A stretch of 64,000 bases of DNA. Source: Octopus sinensis (lineage: Eukaryota). Made by a program: the position numbers and the translations under genes. Every line of letters begins with the position of its first letter. Position 1 is the first letter of the stretch. The stretch lies in contig NC_042998.1 in NCBI RefSeq assembly GCF_006345805.1, positions 23,002,001 through 23,066,000 on the forward strand. Reading direction: 5' to 3'. Under the pieces are notes generated by a model. It was not told the origin of the DNA. It ran no database searches and saw only the letters and a program-made list of their open reading frames with translations. This document shows positions 1-11,318 of the stretch, piece by piece.

Positions 1-1067
1 TTCCTAATGCCAACCACTTTACAGAGTGCACTGGGTGCTTTTTATGCAGCACAGGCAAGGGTGCTTTTTACATGGCACCAGCACCTATGAGCCCATAAGA
101 ATTAGGGATGCTCAGCTGGAGAGGGATGCTGGGGACATACTTGTATGCAAGGACAACCTCAGTTTTACTTAGCTCGACATATCCTCTCAAGCACAGCAAA
201 CTACCAGGAGTCTCGGCCCCCTGTCATCCCCTCTATGAGTCCCAATGTCTTTAGATCCTTTCTCGCCACTTCGTCTCACGTCTTCCTAGGTCTATCCCTT
301 CCATGTGTTCTCTCTACAATTAGAGATAGGCACCTCTTGATACTACTGTCTTCACTCATACATGTTATTAAAATTTATACATATATATTTTTCAATAATA
401 TATTATTATTAATATTAGGAAATCAATATCAAAACTCCTCTGAAATATATACACGTGTGAAAAATATTTGTTGTATTAAAAATAGATAAATAAATAAATA
501 TAAATACGTATAAAAATATATGTAAATATGTATAAGTATAAATATATAATGTATATGACAGTTTAAAAATTTTGAATTAATTATTTAAAGCATCTTACAA
601 TCGTTTCACAGAAGTGTTGTCTCTATAATGAAATCCTATATTGATAAGCATTTATAGACAACGCTTCTGCTCTTCAGAGATATAAAATTTGAATTCTGTA
701 TAACATATATATATATAAATACTTTAATAGTATTAATACTTTGATACAATTGAGCACTCAATATAAATTCAGTATATAATATTCTCATTGAATATATTTA
801 ACTAAAGATTTATGTTATTAAAATTTCAAAGCTACAAGATAATGCCCGATTAATTCAAAACAGTGTGAATAAATAAGTGTTACATTTGAGGGGGTGATCC
901 AAATGCTAAAGGGTTAATCGTAATTGGTCCACTGCTCGATCGGAACTGGCCTGGGGCTAAACAGCAACAAGAAAAGTGGGGAGACTAGACATTGCTGTCA
1001 TAAGTGCATGCATTCGTTTATCTTCATAGTAAGCCACATGTTGAAAGTTACATCGTTTTCATTACAG

Positions 1068-1514
1068 CTCCTTCTCTTCTGCTTCCACCACCACCTCCTC
1101 CTCCTCCTCCACCACCACCACCAACAACAACAACAGCAGCAGCAGCAATAACAACAACAACAGCGGCAGAATTAACAGCGACAACAGCGGCAGAATTAAC
1201 AGCGACAACATCATCGTCATCATCGTCGTCGTCATCATCATCATCATCATCGTCATCATCATCAGTAGTAGTAGCAGCAGCAGCAGAGTCAATAAATGAA
1301 TTAGTTGGGCTCGCCAATCAATCGGGGTCAGAAAGTACTGAACCTATAGAGTCTGTCTTTGTGGTGTCCTTAGAAGACAAGGAACTTTCGTCTGTGGAAG
1401 GTACCTGTGCAAAAAAAATGGAAGGTACCTGTGCGAAAAAAACGGAAGGAAATGCTTCTTCAAATAAAAGTAATTTTTCTTGTAAAATTTGTCATAGAGA
1501 ATTCACTCAAAAAG
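1068..1514 (+). CDS. C2H2 zinc-finger gene, first visible coding exon (5' boundary uncertain)
   Basis: ORF 1004-1537 ends in SCKICHREFTQK-G. Donor AAAG|GTAATA at 1514/1515, phase 1. Candidate acceptor TTTTCATTACAG|C at 1067 is in the same phase; a weaker alternative acceptor lies at 1304. The 3' half is well supported, the homopolymer-rich 5' half less so. Confidence 0.65.
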
Positions 1515-1825
1515 GTAATATATCTTTGATTTTTTAATATTGTTGTTGTTGTTGTTATTATTATTAGTATTGGTATTATTATTTAAGGCGGTGAGCTGGC
1601 AGAATCGTTAGCATGCTGGATGAAATGCTTAGCAGTATTTCACCCATCACTCCATTCTGAGTTCAAATTCTGCCAAGGGCAATTTTGCCTTTCATCCTTT
1701 TGGGGTTGATAAATTATATTTAATATTTTTTTTATGGGGATTTTGCCAGTGTATTGCTACCGATCCTTATTTTTGCTGCCATCTTGTGGAAGGGGGACAA
1801 CAAGAATGGATATATATATATATAT

Positions 1826-2225
1826 CATCATCGTTTAACGTCCGCTTTCCATGCTTGCATGGGTTGGACGGTTTTGACTGAGGGCTGGCAAACCAAATGG
1901 CTGCACCAGGCTCCAATCTTGATTTGGCTGAGTTTCTACAGTTGGATGCCCTTCCTAACTCCAACCACTCCGAGAGTGTAGTCGGTGCTTTTTATGTGCC
2001 ACCGGCACGGGGGCCAGTCAGGCAGTACTGGCAACGACCTTGCTCGAATCTTTTTACACATGCCACCGGCACAGGTGCCAGTAAGGCGACGCTGGTAATG
2101 ATCACGCTCGAATGGTGCCTTTTACATGCCACCCGCACGGAACCAGTTGGCTGCTCTGGTAACGATCATTTTCAGATGGTGCTCTTGGCACCCTACTAGC
2201 ACGGGCACAAGTGCCAGTAAGGCGT
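1826..2225 (-). mobile_element. RTE-clade LINE 3' UTR fragment
   Basis: (GAT)n tail, GGAAGGGCATCCA core and GTGGCACGTAAAAAGCACC modules; the same UTR is joined to an RTE ORF end at 9696-10880. Confidence 0.75.
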
Positions 2226-2463
2226 TTTTTTGTCCTATACTTTTAGTACTGCCAAATTTTGAAAAGAATGTGAGTGTACTGCAAGTGAAAAAAGGTTGTG
2301 GAGCATTGTACAAGATCATGGCTGACTCAAGGCTAAAGGACCACAATTACTCAAAAATATGGAGAGAGAGAAAAAGGAAAAAAAAAAAGAAGTATTCTTT
2401 TCAACGTAAATCTATATTGCTTTTGTTTTATTTATTTTTATGTATTTATTTTATTTATTTCAG

Positions 2464-2586
2464 GAAATCTCAAAGTACACATGAGAGTACATACAGGAGA
2501 AAAACCATTTCAGTGCAGTTTTAATGGTTGTGCAAAACGCTTTCGAAACAATGAAAGTTTGCGAAGACATAATCTTGTTCACTTAG
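2464..2586 (+). CDS. C2H2 ZNF exon (end of finger 1, finger 2)
   Basis: TTTCAG|GA acceptor, TTAG|GTATGT donor. Encodes GNLKVHMRVHTGEKPFQCSFNGCAKRFRNNESLRRHNLVHL with a TGEKP linker. Confidence 0.93.
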
Positions 2587-2605
2587 GTATGTGCTTTGAC
2601 TGTCT

Positions 2606-3013
2606 TTACTCTTTTACTCTTTTACTTGTTTCAGTCATTTGACTGCGGCCATGCTGGAGCACCGCCTTTAGTCGAGCAACTCGACCCCGGGACTTATTCT
2701 TTGTAAGCCCAGTACTTATTCTATCGGTCTCTTTTGCCGAACCGCTAAGTGACGGGGACATAAACACACCAGCATCGGTTGTCAAACAATGCTAGGGGGA
2801 CAAACACAGACACACAAACATACATGCACACATACATATATATATATATATACATACGACGGGCTTCTTTCAGTTTCCGTCTACCAAATCCACTCACAAG
2901 GCTTTGGTTGGCCCGAGGCTATAGCAGAAGGCACTTGCCCAAGGTGCCACGCAGTGGGACTGAACCCGGAACCATGTGGTTGGTAAACAAGCTACTTACC
3001 ACACAGCCACTCT
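2606..3013 (-). mobile_element. SINE family A (tRNA head, CORE-like CCTTGGGCAAG, internal (TA)n(TG)n)
   Basis: A-box TGGCTGTGTGG and B-box GGTTCAGTCCC; more than 12 copies in the window. Confidence 0.85.
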
Positions 3014-3077
3014 TTAGTCATGATTAATCATTTTTTTCCCCTGCCTTCCTCTTTTAACTAATTTCCTAGTCTTACAT

Positions 3078-3790
3078 TAATAATGAAATTATTGTGTATA
3101 GTGCTCAGGTGTACTACAACTCATCAAAGGTGTATGTACAGTACATAGAATTATGTACAAAAGTCAGAAAAGTGAACAGTGTAAGAGTCATGCTATACAT
3201 GTGTGCATGCTAATGGAGATGGAGATATCAGGTGTAGTGTTGGCGAATGGAGGTTTTAAAGGATGCAATATCTTGGCAACTCTTACATGTTTCTTAATTT
3301 ATAATTTTCAATAATTTCTCTAAATATATGGCACTGAAAAAAATGTGGTCAGGTAGTTTAAACCCATATAATCAGTTTATAAGTGATGACAGAAAAAAAA
3401 AATCCGTTTTATGTTATCGTTGATTTTCAGTTCGAATTAGATAAACAGTTTTCCATGGCTACAAACTCTTAAGAAATGTGTGTGTGTGTGTGAAAGCGGG
3501 GTGGGGGGTGTTGACCAGGTGTAGTGTTGGTGAATTTCAGGAAGCATGGAGGTTTTAAAGGATGCAATGTCTCGGCAGCTGACAACTGATGCAGGTAGTT
3601 TGTTCCATGCTTCAGCAACTCTGGGTGTGAAAAACATTTCTGAAAGTCATGGGGGCTGTGCTGTTTTTTTTTTACTTTGTAGGCATGCCCACGTGTGTTA
3701 GACACATGGAGCTCAAAAAGGTACTCAAGGTGGTTGTTGGGGCACTTCCTCTCCCGGTGTCAGTATTCTCCTTCTCCCAAATAAATCACT
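3078..3790 (-). mobile_element. Two CR1-clade LINE 3' fragments
   Basis: SNTRGHAYKV and RVAEAWNKLPASVVSCRDIASFK are typical CR1 ORF2 C-terminal motifs; homologous to 54140-54860. Confidence 0.8.
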
Positions 3791-3863
3791 TATTATTTCA
3801 TTTAACAACCTTTTATAATAATCTTTTTCATTTTTTTCTTTTCCCTTTCATAAAATTCTGCAG

Positions 3864-4115
3864 GAATCAAACCTTTTGCATGTGAAATATGTGATAACAA
3901 GTTCTCGAGTAAAATAAGCTTGTTGGAACATGTAGCAATTCACACCAACTCCAAGCCACATGTTTGTCATATTTGTCAGCTTCCTTTCCGTCAGATTAGT
4001 TGTCTACGACGCCATCTCATCACTCACTCTTCAGAGAAACCCTTTGAGTGCAACCAATGTGGCCAGAAGTTTTCTCAGATGGTGTATCTAAAATCTCATT
4101 CTAAAGTACATACAG
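3864..4115 (+). CDS. C2H2 ZNF exon (fingers 3-5)
   Basis: CTGCAG|GA acceptor, ACAG|GTATCT donor. GIKPFACEICDNKFSSKISLLEHVAIH...HVCHICQLPFRQISCLRRHLITH...FECNQCGQKFSQMVYLKSHSKVHT. Confidence 0.95.
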
Positions 4116-5289
4116 GTATCTTCCCGTTTTTCTATTTTCATTAAATCTGTAATTAAAACCTGTTCAGCGTTTTCTTTAATTGAAAATGTGTATAAATGCT
4201 GCTTCATTGTTGTATCAGGTTTGCAAGATTCTTGATGTGAGTTTGTGTATTGGGAGGGTCATTTTACCAATAATAACACATGCACAGGTTCAATTCTACT
4301 TAATTATTCATCAGTTAAATATTTAACCAACTCATTAACTAATTGATTGTTTGTTTGTTTTTTTTTTATTTATTTTCATCTAGTTTCAGCTCACGAGCTG
4401 TGGCCATGCTGGGGCTCCGCCATTTGGTAATGGTTAAAAAAATTAATTAGTGGCTTGTTAGTCCAAAGACCTCTTCAGGACATTTTCAAGACCTTTTCAG
4501 TGACTTTCTTACACCAAGGTTTACAAGGTGTCAATATAAGTTTTGGTTTTTTTAATAAACAGTGTGGTCAATGCCAGTGCCGGCTGACTAGTCCTGTGCT
4601 GGTGGCAAGTAAAAAGCACCATTCAAGCATGGTCGTTACTAGTGCCAACTGATTGACCCTCGAGCCAGTGGCATGTAAAAAGCACCTACTACACACTCGG
4701 AGTGGTTGGCATTGGGAAGGGCAACCAGCTATTGAAACATTGCCAGATTGGATTGGAGCCTGGTGCAGCCTTCTGGCTTGCCAGCTCTCAGTCAGACCAT
4801 CCAACTCATGCCAGCATAGAAAGCAGACATTAAATGATGATGATGATGATGATGAATGGTGCTTTTTAAGTGCCAGTCAGGTGGCACTGGCATTGGCCAC
4901 ACTTGAACAGTGCCTTTTATGTGCCAGTCATGCGACGCTGGCATCGGCCACGACTACTATTTCACTCGGTTCAACAGGTCTTCACAAGCATGGCATACTG
5001 CCCAACGACTGATACCAGCAACTTGGGGAAATATTTTTGGAACTCTTTGTGTCTTACAAGATTTGCATCAAACCGTGAATATGGCTAATGATAACTAATC
5101 AGCTATGTCCTGAGTTCAAATGCCACCAAGGTTGACTTTGCTGTTCATCATTTCGTGGTCAATAAAATAAGTACCAACGGAACACTGGGCTCGATGTGAT
5201 TGGCTAGTCCCCTCCCCACAAATCTGAGGCCTTGCGCCTATAATAAAAAGCATTATATTAGACAGTATTCTGAATTCTAAAGGGTTTAA

Positions 5290-5822
5290 CCCTTTAGCGT
5301 TCTCATTATTTTGTCAAAAGCAATGTTCATTTAAGTTAAGTTAATTTTTTTGGCTCAAAAAGCAAAAGCAAGGCCATGTAGGGGGACATGTTGTTATGTA
5401 CAGGGTGGTGTTCATGCAAAGAGTTCAGACCATTTCTGGTCAAGGGAGACTTTGAACCGAGCGGTTGTTGGCATCTTCACTATCTCGTCCGGCAGCTTAT
5501 TCCACGGATCCGCAACCCGGACAGAGAAAGCCCCTCTCCTTCGATTGAGATGAAATCGTCGCAGATAGAGCTTTTCGGAGTGACCCCACAGCCGACGCTC
5601 TGGAGCAGGAGTGAAGAACAGCTCTTTCGAGAGGTTACACTTTCCGCTTATGATGTTGTGAGCAAATTCACATTGTTTTGTAACTTTAAGAGTTTGTATG
5701 AGGTAACAGTTAAGTTTTAGAATGACAATGTAGGGTTAGTGTGAGAGGCCTGATCTGACCGTTTTGAACATAAAACAAGTAGAAAATTTTGGCCAGATAT
5801 GGCTGTTTTGAATGCCAGAGGG
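5290..5822. mobile_element. piggyBac-like MITE (TTAA|CCCTTTAG) interrupted by a CR1 3' fragment (about 5390-5710, - strand)
   Basis: Termini match the MITE at 28836-29054. The insert translates on the - strand to LRGHSEKLYLRRFHL...VADPWNKLPDEIV. Confidence 0.65.
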
Positions 5823-5896
5823 TTTAAGCAAATTTATATTTTGATTGTGACAGTTTTCTTTTCTAAAATATATACTTTTTTAATATCAATTTCCAG

Positions 5897-5980
5897 GTGA
5901 AAAGCCATTTGTCTGTGATCATTGCAACCGTGGGTTCGCTCACCAGTCAGATGTAACTAGGCATAAGATCATTCATACAG
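5897..5980 (+). CDS. C2H2 ZNF exon (finger 6)
   Basis: TTTCCAG|GT acceptor, ACAG|GTAACT donor. 84 nt encoding one finger: GEKPFVCDHCNRGFAHQSDVTRHKIIHT. Confidence 0.93.
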
Positions 5981-6181
5981 GTAACTTCTTTCTCCTTTAT
6001 ATAAACTTATTCTTCATGGTAGCCATTCAGAATACTCAGTATTTTTCTTGTTTTTTTTTGTATATTTGTATTTATATCTTTAAGACATGTCAACTTGAAT
6101 CTGTTCTTGTAACTAATTAAATTATTATTATTATTATTATTATTATTTCTGTGTAGTACATCGGTATTCTTTGCAGAAGGT

Positions 6182-6213
<32 letters not shown>

Positions 6214-6300
6214 TTGAATAAGGGTAGAAATTGATATTAATCAATTAAAACCAGTGGCCTAGTATATTAAAAAAAATCCGAAGATTAAAATATTTTTTAC

Positions 6301-6714
6301 ATACAAAATTTAAAGGACTGACCACTAAAAGTGGACGGTCAATATGCTAGATATAGACGTCAAAATCGCTATTTTCCACGAAGAATGTGTTCTCAAGAAA
6401 AAAACTCAGCACAAAACCAAAGTGTAAAAAATAAGCAAAACAAATGAAAATATACGAAATCAAAAACATATGCTGATGATCTTGCAGATTTTCGCGTATG
6501 CATATCCGTGAATATTAACGAGTGACACTGATCGGTACATAGGTAATCGTTTTTTATTTTGTATATTTTCATTTGTCTTGCTTATTTTTCACACTTTGGT
6601 TTTGTGCTGAGTTTTTTCTTGAGAACACATTCTCCGTGGAAAATAGCGATTTTGACATCTATATCTAGCATATTGACCGTCCACTTTTAATGGTCAGTCC
6701 TTTAAATTTTATAT
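6301..6714. repeat. Long inverted repeat (about 167-bp arms, 81-bp spacer)
   Basis: 6301-6467 is the near-identical reverse complement of 6549-6714. Confidence 0.92.
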
Positions 6715-6724
6715 ATATATATAT

Positions 6725-6976
6725 ATATTATATAGAGGGCATTACTATACATAAATGCCACACGCTAGGAGGGACTCTTAAAGTCAAAACTACCAAAATA
6801 AATAAACACATCATACCAAATGCTACTCTCAAAGCAAGTCATTTAAAAACGTTTTTAAGTGACTTGCTTCAAGAGTTGCATTCAATACGATGTATTTATT
6901 TATTTTGGTAGTTTTGACTTTAAGAGTCCCTCCTACCTTGTGGCATTTATGTATAGTAATGCCCTCTATATAATAT
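6725..6976. repeat. Spacerless palindrome (126-bp arms)
   Basis: Centre AAAAAC|GTTTTT at 6850/6851; 11 mismatches counted by hand. Confidence 0.92.
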
Positions 6977-7575
6977 AAATAAATATATTTAAGTGAAAAA
7001 ATTTATGGATTTTTTTCTCTTATGGAGTTTTTCATGCTAACTACTTAATAAATTCTTATAAAGATTTTATCCGATTTTTAAATTGTATATATATATATAT
7101 ATATATATATAATTAGCATTAAAAACACCCTTCAGTTGCTGGGCAGTATGCCATGCTTGTGAAACCTGTTGAACCGAGTGAAATAGTAGTCGTGGCCGAT
7201 GCCAGTGTGGCAAATGGCAGTGCCACCTGACTGGCACTTAAAAACACCATTCAAGCGTGGCTGATGACAGTGCTGCCTGACTGGCTCCTGTGCCAGTGGC
7301 ATGTGAAAGCACACACTCTTGGAGTGGTTGGCATTAGGAAGGGCATCCAGCTGTAGAAACCTTGCCAAATCAGATTGGAGCCTGGTGCAGCTTTCCGGTT
7401 TGCCAGTTCTCAGTCAAACCATCCACATAAATTTGGTGGGAAGGGTAAAATCAACTAAAGCAGTCACAAGTACTCAAACAGTATTTTTTTTTAATCCAAG
7501 AAACTGCTAACGATATTAATGACAATGTTGATAATTTCATGTAAATAAGATTTTTTTTTTTTTTTTTTTTCCCAG

Positions 7576-8732
7576 GAAAGAAGCCATTTGTTTGTAATTT
7601 ATGCCATGCACGATTTAGTGACCCTTCCAGCAAAAGACGCCATGTTAAAGAACATTTGGGTTCGAAACCCTACACTTGTGAACTCTGTGGTGATTCTTTT
7701 AAAAGGGCTGGACAATTAAAGGTCCATACGACGCGTAAGCATTCAGAACATGAGGGCAATTTTAAGATCTCTAAACAAGACGCCAAATCTACCTCTCAAT
7801 TCTCATATAAGGAAAATGACCGAATTCCAGCTGGAGCTGTTTCTCGAGTTGCTGTCGACAATAAACCAACAGCATATCATAAAAAAATTGCCCAAATAGT
7901 TGAAGGATTAACAGGTAGTGAAGTGACACATATAGCCACACCAGTGAACAGTGGAGATGTTATCTTAGAAGAAACAGATGGCTCGAGTTCACAGACAGTG
8001 GCTCAGGTGGTGGCTACGGCAATGCAGTCTGCTGGCATCGGCACCATCTCTGAAAACGAACGAGAGCAGTTCTCGGCTATGTGCGAAGCTGCATCACAAG
8101 AACACTCTGCTAACTACGAGAACACAGCGAATCAGATTGCCGCGACAATCGTCGAACAAGATCTTCCTTCGTTAATTGAAAACACTACCGATGGTGCCAC
8201 AGTAATAACTATCGTCAGCTTGGAAGATGTTGAACAGAATCCCAACCAGACCTGTACGGAGCAAGTAGAGGTGCCAGTTGAATACGCTCAGCAGCTTATA
8301 GAGAACGTAAAAGGTGAAGATAATCAGCCACACTTTGTTGAAGTTCAGTTTGAAGAGAACAACGAGTCAGTAAAGCAGGAAGAAATAGCAACAGATTCCC
8401 AACATCTTCTACAAAGTGATAAACTCGAAGGTCCAGTAGATTTTGTATCAAAACCAGATTTCAGTAGCCAGGAATATTATGATTGGCTGTCTAACTTCAC
8501 AGAAGTTTGCAAAGTCATGCCAATGCCATTGAGTCCTGATCTTTTCCAAAAGATCAGTCAGGTTCACAAGACCCTGTCTGATGTGATGGCAACACCAAGC
8601 GGTGTTTTAGCAGACAAAGACAATTTTAGAATCCTTATGTATATTTCAAGTGATCTCCATACAATCATCTGTGAACATTTATCATTTGTATTACAGAATT
8701 TAGACAGTGAAGAAAACACTCAAATGCAATAG
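7576..8732 (+). CDS. C2H2 ZNF terminal exon (fingers 7-8, acidic region, helical C-terminal domain)
   Basis: Poly-T CCCAG|GA acceptor. GKKPFVCNLCHARFSDPSSKRRHVKEHLGSKPYTCELCGDSFKRAGQLKVHTTRKH, in frame with ORF 7656-8732; TAG stop at 8730-8732. Confidence 0.95.
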
Positions 8733-8996
8733 TCTTTTATAAATTATGAAAAATACTGGGTGCAAGGTTAAGGCTGGATGACTTTAAAGCTGTCTATGTA
8801 GAAAAGGAGATAATTTCACATGCCTCGACCTACCTGACAAACAAATAGCTTCCACTCGTCCTTCAGGGTCGAGTGGTTGGCAGTCATGAAAAGAATCTAA
8901 TCATTAAAAGTTGGGGAAAAGCATTGTTGGAATAATATGCATATGTATAAATTTCTAAAAAATGTAATTTCCCAGCAACATGTGCATGATAAAACA

Positions 8997-9002
8997 AATA
9001 AA
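8997..9002 (+). promoter_or_regulatory. Candidate polyadenylation signal of the ZNF gene
   Basis: AATAAA about 265 nt after the stop; the sequence is AT-rich, so chance occurrence is possible. Confidence 0.3.
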
Positions 9003-9375
9003 AATATAAATGGAAAAAAGATCATTAAATTATATATTTCTTAAGTATTTGCAATATGTAGTTTATCATAAATACTTGTTTAAAAATACCAAAATAAAAA
9101 TTGTGATTTTTACTGTAGATCTCAATGTCTTGTTTTATTCTCAACAGGAAAGCCATTTTTTTTGGTTTTTTTTTGCATTCCATTGTTAGAAAATGCTGAC
9201 ATGTGAAGAAGTTTATCCCAGTTTTATGGTACTGACCACTTGATGGACTTTTGATATTACATTTTCTGACCACAAAAATGTACTCAACCATACAAATTAA
9301 CAAAACTCTTGTTAAGCACAAGGTACCCTCCGATGTTTACAGTAAGTATCTTCTGAAATTCTAGATATATTGTGA

Positions 9376-9447
9376 GGCCCTGTGGCGCAACGGTAGCGCG
9401 TCTGACTCCAGATCAGAAAGCTGCGTGTTCGAATCACGTCGGGGTCA
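9376..9447 (+). tRNA. tRNA-Trp (CCA)
   Basis: 72 nt cloverleaf: acceptor GGCCCTG/CGGGGTC, anticodon arm TCTGA-CTCCAGA-TCAGA, T arm GCGTG-TTCGAAT-CACGT. Closely resembles metazoan tRNA-Trp. Confidence 0.93.
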
Positions 9448-9695
9448 TATTACTTTCCAATGGCAGTGCCCCAGCATGGCCACAGCTCGTGAGCTGAAAC
9501 TAGATAAAATAAAATAAAACATTTCATAGAAATAAACAAGCATCACCATGATCCTTCATCTCCAGTCTCCCATGAAAATATGTTCAATCACAGGAAAAAT
9601 ATTATTTTACTTGAAAACAGATCAGGGTTGGTGATAGGAAGTGCATCAATGATGCATGGAAAACTATAAATTTAAATGATGATGCCAGCATATAT

Positions 9696-10880
9696 CATCA
9701 TCATCATCATCGTCGTCGTCTAACGTCCGCTTTCCATGCTAGCATGGGTTGGACGATTTGACTGAGGTCTGGCGAACCAGATGGCTGCACCAGACTCCAA
9801 TCTTGATCTGGCAGAGTTTCTACAGCTGGATGCCCTTCCTAACGCCAACCACTCCGAGAGTGTAGTGGGTGCTTTTACGTGCCACCGGCACGAGGGCCAG
9901 TCAGGCGGTACTGGTAGCGGCCATGCTCAAATGGTGCTTTTTATGTGCCACCTGCACAGGAGCCAGTCCAGCAGCTCTGGCAACGACCTCACTCAAAAGT
10001 TTTTCAGGTGCCACCAGCACAAGTGCCAGTAAGGCGACGCTGGTAACAATCACGCTCAAATGGTGCTTTTTACGTTCCACTGGCATGGAAGCCAGTTAGC
10101 CGCTCTGGCAATGATCACGCTCAGATGCTCCTCTTAGTGCTCCACTAGCATGGATGCCAGTCATCGAATTTGATTTCGATTTCACTTGCCTCAACAGGTC
10201 TTCGCAAGCAGAGTTTAATGTCCAATGAAGGAAAGGTACACATAAGTGGGATGGTTACACCCCTGGCATAGGCCACGCGGTTATGGTCTCACTTGGCTTG
10301 CCGGGTCTTCTCAAGCACAGCATATTTCCAAAAGTCTTGGTCACTAGTCATTTCCTCAGTGAGGCCCAAAGTTCAAAGCTCGTGCTTCACCACTTCATCC
10401 CAGGTCTTCCTGGGTCTACCTCTTCCACAGGTTCCCTCAACCACTAGGGTGCGGCACTTTTTCACACAGCTATCCTCATCCATTTTCGCCACATGACTAT
10501 ACCAGCACAGTTGTCTCTCTTGCACACCACATCCGATGCTTCTTAGGTCCAACCTTTCTCTCAGAGTACTAACACTCTGTCGAGTATGCACACTGACATT
10601 ACACATCCATCGGATCATACTGGCTTCATTCCTTGTGAGCTTATGCATGTCCTCAGCAGTCACAGCCCATGTTTACTGCCATGTAGCATGACTGTTCGTA
10701 CACATGCATCATACAGTCTACCTTTTACTCTGAGCGGGAGGCCCTTTATCACCAGCAGAGGTAAGAGGTCTCTGAACTTTGCCCACGTTATTCTTATTCT
10801 TGCAGTGCACCCTCCCCTGCTATTGACGTGGTCATCTGGGTAACGGGAGCTATCAACTACTTCTAGTTTTTCTCCCTGGA
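9696..10880 (-). mobile_element. 5'-truncated RTE-clade LINE (ORF2 C-terminus and full 3' UTR)
   Basis: ARIRITWAKFRDLLPLL..KGRLYDACVRTVMLHGS and RNEASMIRWMCNV..RGRPRKTWDEVV, followed by the modular UTR and (GAT/GAC)n tail. Confidence 0.88.
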
Positions 10881-10896
10881 ATGTGGCGGAAGTTGT

Positions 10897-10933
<37 letters not shown>

Positions 10934-10949
10934 CCATCTCTCTCTCTCG

Positions 10950-10989
<40 letters not shown>

Positions 10990-10990
<1 letters not shown>

Positions 10991-11254
10991 TGTTGTGTCT
11001 GAGGAGAGTCACTTTCTTCTGGTGCCCTACAACTCAACACATTCACCAGTAAAACTTCCCCCCCCCCATTCTTCCAAAATTCCTACTGCGCCCTGCAACC
11101 CTTTCAATAGTTTTGAGAGTCAAAACTATTGAAAAGGTTGCAAGACGCAACAAAAATTTTAGAAAAATAAAAAAAGAAATAAGTGGAAACTCCACTGATG
11201 AGCGTGTTAAACCACAAGGTACCAAAAGAGAATGACTTTCACCAGACACAACAG
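10990..11254. mobile_element. Foldback MITE with TA TSD (Tc1/mariner-type)
   Basis: Termini CTGTTGTGTCTG / CAGACACAACAG, imperfect TIRs of about 75 bp, internal 15-bp perfect stem TTTCAATAGTTTTGA-GAG-TCAAAACTATTGAAA. Confidence 0.75.
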
Positions 11255-11318
11255 TATATGCTTCAACACACAAACTCACATAAAGAATCTTGCAAACCAA
11301 ATCCAAAAACGAAATATA

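Noticed and set aside
1048-1317. - strand poly-D/G and poly-L ORFs; + strand poly-H/Q ORF 924-1151
   Set aside because: Alternative frames of the same trinucleotide tracts; only the 1004 frame runs into a zinc finger.
6468-6548. CTGATGA in the spacer of the long inverted repeat as a hammerhead core
   Set aside because: No GAAA follows stem II on that strand, and no valid NUH/stem I arrangement could be built.
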